Positions 8,601-17,800 of a DNA stretch of 64,000 nt are shown here, piece by piece. The stretch covers positions 1 to 64,000 of the IMG/VR virus record IMGVR_UViG_3300023184_004198; one strand, written 5' to 3'. The stretch's first letter is position 1. Each line of letters begins with the position of its first letter. The position numbers and the translations under genes were made by a program. The notes beneath the pieces are model-generated. The model saw nothing but the letters and a program-made list of their open reading frames with translations, made no database searches and had not been told where the DNA came from.

Positions 8601-10872
8601 CACCACAGGAAATGCCGTAGTCGGCGGGGACTTGATTGTCAATGGTAATTTGACATATCTCAACATATCATCGTTCAATGTTGAAGATCCCATAATTGGT
8701 CTTGGGCGTGGACCCAACAACGCACCACTGATCTCTGATGACAACAAAGATCGCGGTACTGATTTATTTTATTTTGACACAACAGAAAAACAAGCCTTTG
8801 TTGGATTCAAAGACTCAACTGGTAAAATGTTTGCTGCAACTGATGTCAGCATCGCCAACGAAGTGGTCACAGTCAACAGTTATGGAAGTTTTGTAGTTGG
8901 GCAGTTAGAAGGTGCCACAGTAAGCACCACAGGCAATATAACAGGCAGTTACTTCATTGGCAACGGATCTACGTTAACTGGTGTAGTGGCCACAGCAATT
9001 GGTGTGTTGCCAAGTTTGAGTGTGACTGGCAATATCATCACAGGCAACTTGAATTCGTTAGGACAAGTAAGTGCAGTGGCCAATGTTGTTGGCGGTAATA
9101 TCAGTACCGCAGGATTGATCACAGCCACAGGTAATATCACAGGTGGCAACATTGCCACAGGTGGACAGATCACCGCAACCGGCAATATCACAGGTGGTAA
9201 CATCATGGGTGGTGCCAACGTCAATGCCACAACCCACACAGGTACCACAGTTTCAGTAACTGGTAATATAACTGGTGGTAATATTTTAGGTGGTGCTAAC
9301 GTTAATGCCACAACCCACACAGGTACCACAGTTTCAGTAACTGCTAATATCACTGGTGGAAATTTAAATTCTGCTGGATTGAGTTTGAGTGGCAATGTTG
9401 TATCACCATTCAATGTCACTGGTAATATCACCGGCGGCAATGTTATAACTCCAGGACTAATTACTTCAACTGGAAATATCACCGGCGGCAATATTATTTC
9501 TATTGCGGTAGTCAGTACAGTATCTATTGTTGCTACAGCAAACGTCTCTGGAGGCAACATTACCACAGCAGGACAAGTAAGTGCCACTGGCAACATAACT
9601 GGTGGCAATGTCATTACAACAGGTTTGGCCACGGTAACAGGTAATGTCATTGGTGGCAATGTTACCACTGTAGGACAAGTAAGCGCGACGGCTAATATCA
9701 CCGGTGGCAATTTAATCACTGGTGGCTTGGCCACAGTAACTGGTAATATCACAGGTGGCAACATCGCCACAGCCGGTTTAGTAACAGCAACTGGTAATAT
9801 TGTGTCTGGTGCACTGATTTCGGCCGCAGGCAATGTGTCAGCCGCAGGCAATGTATTTGCTCAATACATTTTTGGTAACTTGGTTGGCAGCATTTCTCTG
9901 TCTAGTTCTTCTAACAGTCAAATATTGTTCAACAGTGCAGGAATTATTACAGGCGATACAGGACTGACATTTGATTATGCAGCCAACGCACTCACTGTAG
10001 GCGGCGCCATAACAACTACCAATGGTGGAAGTTTAACAGTTGGTGGTGGTGCTACAATTACTGGAAACATTTCTACCACAATTGGCAACATTGGTGGCGG
10101 CAATATTTTGGCCACAACATTGGTCAGTGCTGGTGGCAATGTCACTGGTGGAAACATTACCACAGCAGGTTTAATAACTGCTACTGGAAATGTCACTGGT
10201 GGCAATGTTAATTCTGGCGGTTTAGCAAGCATAACTGGAAATGTCATTGGTGGTAACATATCCACAGCAGGTTTAATAACTGCCACTGGAAATGTCATCG
10301 GTGGCAATATCATCACATCTGCATTGGTACAAGGACTCACTGTAAGTGCTACTGCAAACGTGGTTGGTGGTAATGTCAGCACAGCCGGATTGATTACGGC
10401 CACTGGTAACATCACCGGTGGTAATTTAAACACTGGCGCACAAGTTGTAGCAACTGGTAATATCACTGGCGGCAACATCAATGCAATAGGACTGATTTCA
10501 GCAGTTGGCAACATTGTTGGTGGTAACTTGTCGGGTACCAGCATTGTTGGTACGTTGACCACAGCCGCACAAAACAACATCACCAGTGTGGGCACACTAA
10601 GCAGTCTTAATGTTACGGCTAATATTGTTGGCGGCAACATTAACACAGCAGGACTAGTATCGGCCACAGGCAACATCGTTAGCGGAAACTTAAACGCAGT
10701 GGGATTGAGTCTAAGTGGCAATGTAATCAGCGCAATCAATTTGACCGCAAACATAACAACAACTGCCAATGTCAACGCCAATAATATCAACGCTACAAGC
10801 ACGATAAATATCAACAACGCTAGGGTAGCAACCATAGATGACGCGGCTGCACTGGCAATAGCATTAGGATAA
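5605..10872 (+). CDS. Long fibre protein with gp9/gp10-like baseplate-attachment N-terminus and extensive GNITGGN repeats
   Basis: N-terminal IDIGAAANDGTGEPLRDAFNAVNENF resembles the T4 gp9/gp10 N-terminal motif. More than 20 NITG units in 1755 aa. Confidence 0.8.
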   Translation: MAQQIIDIGAAANDGTGEPLRDAFNAVNENFTEIYTAGPVGSNVVISGNTITVTGVNNNLVLKANGIGNIQANSSIMPSIDAVYDIGAPTARIDTVYAAYFVGNGQGITGITTAGTSINSGTSNVKIVSANGNVTVSVNGTSNVAVFGSTDSNIKGNLAVGNLSTAGQITAASNITGGNIRTVGSVSATGNITGNYILGNGALLSGIITSVSNINNGNSNVNIQNAGANVTVSVNGIANTVVFGSAATTFTGNIVPGANNVYTLGTATQRFKNIYLSGNTITLGDSTFTANADSVILTNPVGGTFTIQGTSQLSGSSIVNGLSQMAIPVANGNVQVSVGTTANALVISATNMQSIGNILANNQISAAGNIVTSGFFVGNFVGNVTGNLVVPGVNTQILYNNFGNAGASAAFRFDSTSNVLTLTGNAQVGNVRTVGQVSATGNVTGNYFIGNGSLLTGIAATYSNANVATYLASGTNTSNIITTANIAGGNLSLTGAFSPSSFSSAGNVTGGNLRTAGVVSSAGNIITDGYFVGTFAGNITGNLTVPGSNTQVIFNNAGNAGASAGFRFDTAGPNLLTVNGNVQTIGLLASSNVSAAGNILANNVVITGLVSAVGSISTTGNITGGNINTAGQVTATANVTGGNLITAGTLSVGSTVSATGNITGSNIITTGSVSAGGDVSLLGNVDGGNIRTVGQVTATGNITGGNILFGIFKLLNNGDAQVGNLTVSNGPGIGNLLVGNIISATGNILTGGNVSATANVVGGNLLAGSGVITTTGNITGGNILAGSGVISTGGNVNGAIFNGNVAFGTGTVSGTGNITGGNVLVSGVLLSTNTVSAAGNVIGGNINTGGNISTSGNVIAQDIRVGPGITGGTISALGNITSANSLNAVSLSLSGNVVSPLNITGNVTSGNIVAVAAVNAVSISASGNITGGNILGGANVNATTHTGTTVSVTANITGGNLNAAGLSLSGNVVSPLNVTGTVTGGNIISVAAMSAATMTTTGNAVVGGDLIVNGNLTYLNISSFNVEDPIIGLGRGPNNAPLISDDNKDRGTDLFYFDTTEKQAFVGFKDSTGKMFAATDVSIANEVVTVNSYGSFVVGQLEGATVSTTGNITGSYFIGNGSTLTGVVATAIGVLPSLSVTGNIITGNLNSLGQVSAVANVVGGNISTAGLITATGNITGGNIATGGQITATGNITGGNIMGGANVNATTHTGTTVSVTGNITGGNILGGANVNATTHTGTTVSVTANITGGNLNSAGLSLSGNVVSPFNVTGNITGGNVITPGLITSTGNITGGNIISIAVVSTVSIVATANVSGGNITTAGQVSATGNITGGNVITTGLATVTGNVIGGNVTTVGQVSATANITGGNLITGGLATVTGNITGGNIATAGLVTATGNIVSGALISAAGNVSAAGNVFAQYIFGNLVGSISLSSSSNSQILFNSAGIITGDTGLTFDYAANALTVGGAITTTNGGSLTVGGGATITGNISTTIGNIGGGNILATTLVSAGGNVTGGNITTAGLITATGNVTGGNVNSGGLASITGNVIGGNISTAGLITATGNVIGGNIITSALVQGLTVSATANVVGGNVSTAGLITATGNITGGNLNTGAQVVATGNITGGNINAIGLISAVGNIVGGNLSGTSIVGTLTTAAQNNITSVGTLSSLNVTANIVGGNINTAGLVSATGNIVSGNLNAVGLSLSGNVISAINLTANITTTANVNANNINATSTININNARVATIDDAAALAIALG
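9223..9343 (+). repeat. Exact 40-bp direct repeat with 81-nt period inside the fibre gene
   Basis: AATGCCACAACCCACACAGGTACCACAGTTTCAGTAACTG at 9223-9262 and 9304-9343. Confidence 0.9.
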
Positions 10873-10875
10873 CAA

Positions 10876-11208
10876 ATGGCAAATACTTTCACACGAAAAA
10901 CTTCACAAAATGTTGGTGCAAGCCCTGGCATAATTGGCAATTACACAGTTCCGGCAAGCACAACCACTATTGTGATTGGCCTGACTTGTACCAACACCAC
11001 AGGCAGTGCAATCACAGCCAATGTGTTCTTGGCCAATGCCAGTGCCAACACCTACATTGTGGCCAATGCGCCTATCAGTTCAGGCGCTTCGTTGATTCCC
11101 ATTGGTGGAGATCAAAAGATTGTGATGATCACCGGGGACAAAATATACGTGCAAAGCAGTGCTGCCACCAGTATTGATGCAATTTTGAGCATAATGGAAA
11201 TCACCTAA
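10876..11208 (+). CDS. Small fibre-associated structural protein
   Basis: 110 aa beta-rich ORF tightly packed between two fibre genes. Confidence 0.6.
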   Translation: MANTFTRKTSQNVGASPGIIGNYTVPASTTTIVIGLTCTNTTGSAITANVFLANASANTYIVANAPISSGASLIPIGGDQKIVMITGDKIYVQSSAATSIDAILSIMEIT

Positions 11209-14200
11209 TGAGTTATCTTGGTCTTCAACCCAACACACCACTGCTGAATACCAGTACTCAAACATTCAGTGGTAATTCAGTGGCCACACAGTTTACTCTG
11301 GCTAGATCAGTAGCATCAGCGTCAGACTTGGATGTGATGATTGGCAGCACACTACAAAGACCATTTACAGATTACATTGCTGGCAACGTAGTTTTACAGT
11401 TTATTAGTGCTCCTACTACTGGCACAAACAATATTACAGTTACCTATCGTGGTGGTGCGTTGAACAGTCTTGATCTCACAGCATCCACATTCAACGCTGG
11501 TACTGTGGCTGCACCTAGTGTGGTAAGTCTGGCTGCCAACAACACAGGCATCTACTGGGCCAATGCGTCATCAATGAGTGTGACAGTAAGTGGTACCAAT
11601 CGTGCCACGTTTATGGCTAATGCTACTAGTATCAGTACAGATACTGGAGCAATGATTGTAGATGGTGGACTGGGGGTTGATGGCAATGTCAATATTGGTG
11701 GCAGAGTTGCTATTGTTGACTCTACAGAAAGCACCAGTGTAAGCACAGGCAGTTTAAAAACAGCTGGCGGTGCAGGCATCACCGGCAACTTGAATGTGGG
11801 CGGTGACATCACTTGTGTGGGTGATTTTACAGTCAACGGCACATTCACTACCACAGGCACAGACAGTTTGGCGGTGACAGACCCATTTATCTTTTTGGCT
11901 AACAACAATCCTGGCGACACATATGACTCAGGTGTGATAACACAGTTTTATGACGGTGCTAATATTCGTTACAGTGGTTATTTCCGCGACATAACCGATG
12001 CCAAATACAAGTTGTTCACAAATTTGTTGACACAGCCTACTACCACGGTTGACACAACTGATCCCAGTTTTCGGTACACTGATTTAATCTTAGCCAATTT
12101 GAGTGCCACGGGCAATGTGTCAGGCACATATTTTGTTGGCAACGGCGCAGCACTTACCGGTATCTCAACCAGCACCAGTAACATTTTTAACGCTAACACC
12201 TCAGTGGCCATTGCCGCAGTCAACGCCAATGTGAACATAGTGGTCAACAGTGCTCAAATTGCCAATGTGTGGTCAGGCGGTATCAGTGTAGTAGGTGCAG
12301 TGGCTGCCAGTAGCACAGTCAGTGCTACTGGAAATGTCATTGCTGGCAATGTTACTACATCAGGAGTGGTTACAGCCACTGGCAATATTACATCTGCGGG
12401 AAACATATCAGCAGGCAATGTGTTGGTTGGTGGTGCAGTAAGTTCTGTGGGCAACGTCACAGGCGGCAACATAATTGGCACCACTGCTGTCAGCACAGGC
12501 GGCAATGTACAAGGCGGCAATTTACGCACCAATGGCATTGTATCAGCCGCTGGTGATGTATACGGCAATAATTTCAGTGCTACCACTGACGTTACTGCTG
12601 GAGGATTAATTTCTGCTGTTGGAGATATAACCGGTGCCAATTTGTTCACCGGTGGCGTGGTAAGCGCAACGGGCAATGTGTCAGGCAGTTATTTCATTGG
12701 CAATGGCGCTGCACTCACAGGTATTGATGCTACAAGTATTCAATTTGGTACCAGCAATGTTCGAGTTGTGAGTTCAGGCGGCAATGTGTCAGTTGGTGTT
12801 GGCGGTACTGCAAACGTGGCAGTGTTCAGCACTTTAGGCGCCAATGTCACTGGTTGGATTGGTGCAACTGGAAACTTGGGCGTGGCTGGTAATGTGGCAT
12901 TTACTGGAACTGTGCAAAACATCAACATGGGTACCAGTCAAACCACAGGCAACGTTACAATTGGTGGAGCCACTCAAACTGGCACAATTTTAATTGGCCA
13001 AAGCACAGCCAGTCAAACTGTAAACATTGGTCATGGTGTCACTGGCACAGGCAACACAAAAACAATTCAAATTGGCGAAAACGGTGCTGCTGGATCAACA
13101 ACACTCATTGATATTGGTCCTGCTACAGCAACCACAGCCGCAGGTACAGTGACATTCAACACTGCCACAGTGGTAGCAGTGGCCAACACTTCAGGTTCTG
13201 CACTCAGCGTGGCTGGTAATATCACTGGTGGTAACTTAAATACGTCTGGTTCAGGTGGCAACATCACTGGCGCCAACGTTATATCATCTACCAGTTTCAC
13301 AGCCACAGCCAACGTGGTTGGCGGCAATATTATCACAGCAGGTGCTGTATCAGCAGCCTCAGTCAGTGCCAGTGGCACAGTGATTGGTGCTGGTAATATT
13401 ACCGGTGCCAACTTCAATACTGGTGGTTTAGTCACAGCCACAGGCAACGTCACGGGCGGTAATATCAATACCGCTGGTTTGATTACTGCAACTGGCAATA
13501 TAACATCTGCTGCCAACGTAGCAGGCGGCAATATATTGGCAACCAGTTTGATACAAGGTGCCAACGTCAGCGCCACAGCAAATATTGTGGCCACAGCCAA
13601 TGTCAGTGGCGCATATTTCTTGGGCACCGGCATCAGTTTATCAGGTAACGTGATTTCTGGCATCAGCACCACTGCTAATATCACTGGATCTAATATCATT
13701 GCCACAGCCGCAATGAGTGCTGTGTCAGTATCGGCTAGCGGTAACATCACAGGTGGCAACGTTTTGGGCGGAGCCAATGTCAATGCCACAATACATACTG
13801 GCACCACCGTCTCAGTAACAGGTAATGTCACTGGTGGAAACATTATAACCGCAGGGGCTATGTCAGCAGCATCAGTCAGCGCCAGTGGCACAGTAACTGG
13901 AACAACTATCACTGGTACCAGTTTGAACATCAGCACCGGCACAGCCAATGTAGGCAGCATTACAAATGCCAATGCCAATGGTGTCGGCAACATTGGTAAC
14001 AGTACAATTTACTTTAACACAGTATTTGCCAAAGCAACATCGGCACAATACGCTGACTTGGCAGAATGGTACACAGCAGATGCTGACTACCCTCCAGGTA
14101 CAGTGCTGATATTTGGTGGTGACAAAGAAGTTACTCAAGCAATCGGTATTGGTGATGTGCGGGTGGCTGGCGTAGTAAGTACAAATCCAGCACACATCAT

Positions 14201-14423
14201 GAATGCCGGGCTTGAAGCTGAACATACAGCAGCCGTGGCACTGACAGGTCGTGTACCTACCTTGGTGGTTGGCCGAGTAACCAAAGGCGACATGATGGTC
14301 ACCGCTGGGGGTGGTAGAGCGCAAGCCTGTGCAGAACCTAGACTGGGATCAGTGATTGGTAAAGCTGTACAAGATCATCCTGGCGGTCAGGGTGTGATTG
14401 AAATTGTTGTAGGAAGAATGTAA
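11208..14423 (+). CDS. Long fibre protein with repeats and a C-terminal peptidase G2-like intramolecular chaperone domain
   Basis: GNITGGN repeats, then YADLAEWY...PGTVL...VAGVVSTNPAHIMN...VALTGRVP...KGDMMVT. Confidence 0.75.
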   Translation: MSYLGLQPNTPLLNTSTQTFSGNSVATQFTLARSVASASDLDVMIGSTLQRPFTDYIAGNVVLQFISAPTTGTNNITVTYRGGALNSLDLTASTFNAGTVAAPSVVSLAANNTGIYWANASSMSVTVSGTNRATFMANATSISTDTGAMIVDGGLGVDGNVNIGGRVAIVDSTESTSVSTGSLKTAGGAGITGNLNVGGDITCVGDFTVNGTFTTTGTDSLAVTDPFIFLANNNPGDTYDSGVITQFYDGANIRYSGYFRDITDAKYKLFTNLLTQPTTTVDTTDPSFRYTDLILANLSATGNVSGTYFVGNGAALTGISTSTSNIFNANTSVAIAAVNANVNIVVNSAQIANVWSGGISVVGAVAASSTVSATGNVIAGNVTTSGVVTATGNITSAGNISAGNVLVGGAVSSVGNVTGGNIIGTTAVSTGGNVQGGNLRTNGIVSAAGDVYGNNFSATTDVTAGGLISAVGDITGANLFTGGVVSATGNVSGSYFIGNGAALTGIDATSIQFGTSNVRVVSSGGNVSVGVGGTANVAVFSTLGANVTGWIGATGNLGVAGNVAFTGTVQNINMGTSQTTGNVTIGGATQTGTILIGQSTASQTVNIGHGVTGTGNTKTIQIGENGAAGSTTLIDIGPATATTAAGTVTFNTATVVAVANTSGSALSVAGNITGGNLNTSGSGGNITGANVISSTSFTATANVVGGNIITAGAVSAASVSASGTVIGAGNITGANFNTGGLVTATGNVTGGNINTAGLITATGNITSAANVAGGNILATSLIQGANVSATANIVATANVSGAYFLGTGISLSGNVISGISTTANITGSNIIATAAMSAVSVSASGNITGGNVLGGANVNATIHTGTTVSVTGNVTGGNIITAGAMSAASVSASGTVTGTTITGTSLNISTGTANVGSITNANANGVGNIGNSTIYFNTVFAKATSAQYADLAEWYTADADYPPGTVLIFGGDKEVTQAIGIGDVRVAGVVSTNPAHIMNAGLEAEHTAAVALTGRVPTLVVGRVTKGDMMVTAGGGRAQACAEPRLGSVIGKAVQDHPGGQGVIEIVVGRM

Positions 14424-14815
14424 TGAGTTATTTAGGTAATACACCACAGATTGGCCAGTATCGCAAAATGGATAACCTAGTGTTTGATGGAGTACAACAA
14501 ACATTTGACATCAACATTGGTGGAGTTCCGTTCAACCCGCCCACTGCGTATGCCATGATGGTGAGTTTGAATGGTGTAGTATTGAATCCTGGTGTTAGTT
14601 TTTCAATATCAGGATCACAGATTAGTTTTGCAACGCCTCCGGCAGCATTGACACCGTTCTTTGGTCTCATCTTTGGAGACACACTATATACAGGTACGCC
14701 CAGCGATGCCACTGTCACAAACAGCAAAATTGCAGCAGGTACAATCAATTACGACCGGTTCAGTGTCAACACTCAAGCAACGTTGACAGCAAATCAAATT
14801 ATATTTGGAGTTTAA
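14423..14815 (+). CDS. Small fibre-associated protein
   Basis: 130 aa. Its N-terminus (MSYLGNTP...FDGVQQTF...ISFATPP) is paralogous to the start of the 11208 protein (MSYLGLQP...FSGNSVATQF...LQFISAP). Confidence 0.6.
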   Translation: MSYLGNTPQIGQYRKMDNLVFDGVQQTFDINIGGVPFNPPTAYAMMVSLNGVVLNPGVSFSISGSQISFATPPAALTPFFGLIFGDTLYTGTPSDATVTNSKIAAGTINYDRFSVNTQATLTANQIIFGV

Positions 14816-14818
14816 GAA

Positions 14819-17800
14819 ATGGCAAGAAAAAGAATATACGAGTACGTATTCACACCAGGCACAGCAGGTCTAGGCACTGTACAAGTCCAGGATCGTATCA
14901 ACCTGGAGGACTTTTTGGCCATATACGATACCACAACCAACACGTCAATCTACAACTTTGGAGCACCCACACAGGGAGGCACAGTGAGTTTTAGCACAGG
15001 CACCATTGCTGGCCTGCCCAACGCTTATGCAGGTGTGACCACACTGAATCTGGACTTGGACACATCAACATTGAGTGCCAATGACAAACTGGCCATCTAT
15101 GTGGAAGATCGCAACATCAGCACACAACCCTGGGAATTTGGACTGGATGCCATTGGACGCAGTCGTGTGTCCAATCCTGAAAGTTTAATTGATGCTGACT
15201 TTGAATATGGCTTGCAAAATACCAAATGGCAGAACGTTTCAACCATCAACAATATTCCCAGTTTCTACGAAGATGTTGGTGCTGACTTGGTGTACAACAC
15301 CAACGGCTATGCTACATTGTTGAGCAGTACCAACTTGCTGACCAGCAACGTTGACACATCAGTTAACACTGCAGACGCTGGAACCCCACCATTTATTACC
15401 AATGATTACGCACTGCTGATCAGCCAAACACAAGGCAACGTCACACCATTTGTCACAAGTTACCTCACTGCCAACGTCAACAGTTCAGCAGAACGCACAT
15501 TCACTGTGGCATCAACCACAGGTCTATCTGCGCTGGACAACATTATGTTGATTGGTTTGCCTACTTCGGGCGGAACCACTATCGCCGTGGCGAATATTAC
15601 CAGTAATGCCACAACCACAGTCAATGTGACATCAGCAGCAGGTGCTGGTATTGTGGCTGGTACTTATGTTATTGCTCAAACTGCCACTGCCAACGTTTAT
15701 GAAGTCATGGCAGTGACTTCGGTATCAACCAATGCACTCACTGTGGTGCGTCAAAGCAATGGTACCAATCCCAGTGCCGCAAACATCAATATTGGTGCCA
15801 ATATATTTGTTGCCAGCACTATTGAAGTTGCACAAGTGCAAGAAGTCACTGACGGCACAACACTACAACTCAATCGTGGTTGGTACAACATTCCAGCAGC
15901 CAACACATTCCCCACAGGTACAGTGTTCCAGAAACTGAGTTCTAACGTGGAACTGGTCAAAATGACCACAGCCAGTACCGCAGTCAACGGCACACAAACC
16001 ATCAGCCGCACACAGTTCAATACCACAGCACTCACAACTGCAGGCATTGGATCACCCTTAATTCGCATGACTGGCATATTTTATGGTGGTTCAAACACAG
16101 TGCCCACGGTCACAGTCAACGTTACGGATACTCCACTGGATGCCAATGAATATGTCAGTTTACAAAATACTTCAGCAACCAATGCTGAAGGTATCAACAT
16201 TGTGTATCTGGGCGAAACCAACAACTTTGCATACTATCCACGAAGATCAATTGCAGTGGCACCTGGATATCCGCTGAATCAAACCGATACCGCAGTTCGT
16301 CAGGCTTTTCCTTATACTGGGGCTGACCTTGATATTGTTAGCATAGCCAGCGATGGCGGCAACCCCAGTATCATCACAGTGACCACACTGTATGCCCATG
16401 GATTGTTTCCAGGTTGCCCCATCACTGTGGACATGACTGCAGGCACAAACACTGCCTATGCCGAAGGTTCGTTTATTATCAATGCCATTCCCAGCACAAC
16501 AACATTCCAGTTTCAAGCCAAAACAGGTGCTGTAGTAAGTGGCAGTTTGTCTGGTGTAATCAATGTGCGAAGCAATGCTATATTCTTAGCCAGACCGTTT
16601 GATGGCGGTGTGCTCATGGGACCAGGCACGCCCACACGTGGAGCAAGTGCAACTCGTGTGACCAAAAAATACTTCCGCTACCAATCTGGTAAAGGCATCT
16701 TATTCAGCACAGGTACTGTGTTGGCACCCACATTAGATGTGTCCTCAGTCACATCCAGTGGCACTGCTATCAACAGCAATATCACAATCACAACAGATGC
16801 CGAGCATGGACTCAATGCTGGCGCGACCATTGCGCTAAGTGGTATTACCACGTCAGGCTATGATGACACTGGATATGTGGTCACAAGTATCACCAGCGAT
16901 ACTGCATTTGTGGTACAGGCGCAAAATGTACTAGGCAGTGCTACTCCTGTATTAGGGCAACAACCTCGTATCAACGTCACTGGCTGGAGCGGGTCATGTA
17001 TTCGTGCAGGCCTGTTCGACGATCAAAATGGCTTGTTCTGGGAAAACAATGGAGTTAGTGTAAATGCAGTACAACGTACCAGCACATTCCAAACAGCAGG
17101 CTTGGTCAACGTCAGCGTTGGCTCCAACCTGGTCACTGGCGACGGCAACTGCCGCTTCCAAGACCAATTGAATGTGGGTGACGTTGTGGTGATCCGAGGT
17201 ATGACACACAGTGTGGCGTCAATCACCAACAACAACAGAATGACCGTGGTGCCCACATTCCGTGGTGTCTCAAATCAAACTCGGGTCAAAATGGCCTTGC
17301 GCAATGAAATTCGTGTGCGCCAAGCAGACTTCAACATTGATCCGCTTGACGGCACAGGCGCATCAGGCTTTAATCTTGACGCCAGCAAAATGCAGATGTA
17401 TGCGTTGGAATATTCCTGGTATGGTGCTGGTACAGTTATCTGGATGTTGCGTGGACAAGATGGCAAGTTCAATTGGGCACACAGACGTCCCAACAACAAC
17501 TTGAACAATGAAGCATACATGCGTTCAGGTAACTTGCCTGCACGTTATGAAGCCATTAACGAAACTCCCGTGAACTCATTGAACGGTGCTATCACAGACA
17601 GTCAAACCACAATCACCCTGAGAGATGCCACAGACTATCCTCCGGCCAGTGTGACATATCCTTCGTATGTGATGATTGACAGTGAGGTCATCAAGTATTC
17701 AGGCAAGAATGGTAACGACTTAACTGGTTGCACACGTGGTGCAACATTTACACAGTGGGCTGAAGGTCAAAGTCGTAGTTATACCAGTAGTGCAGCCACC

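Noticed and set aside
10805-10810. TAAATA inside the fibre gene end as a promoter
   Set aside because: It lies in coding sequence 65 nt from the next ATG and could occur by chance; not supported further.
5605-10872. Ice-binding or ice-nucleation function of the Thr-rich repeats
   Set aside because: There is no strict TxT or 16-residue periodicity; repeat lengths vary.
4075-14324. Many long minus-strand ORFs rich in Pro/Val/Leu/Thr (e.g. 7497-8432, 9975-10940, 13067-13993)
   Set aside because: They are antisense shadows of the GGN/ACN/AAY codon repeats of the fibre genes and have no SD or promoter support.
5605-14423. Repeats as a CRISPR array or diversity-generating retroelement template/variable pair
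   Set aside because: The repeats are in-frame, degenerate at third positions and lack spacers. No cas or reverse transcriptase gene is present, and I saw no adenine-specific mismatch pattern.
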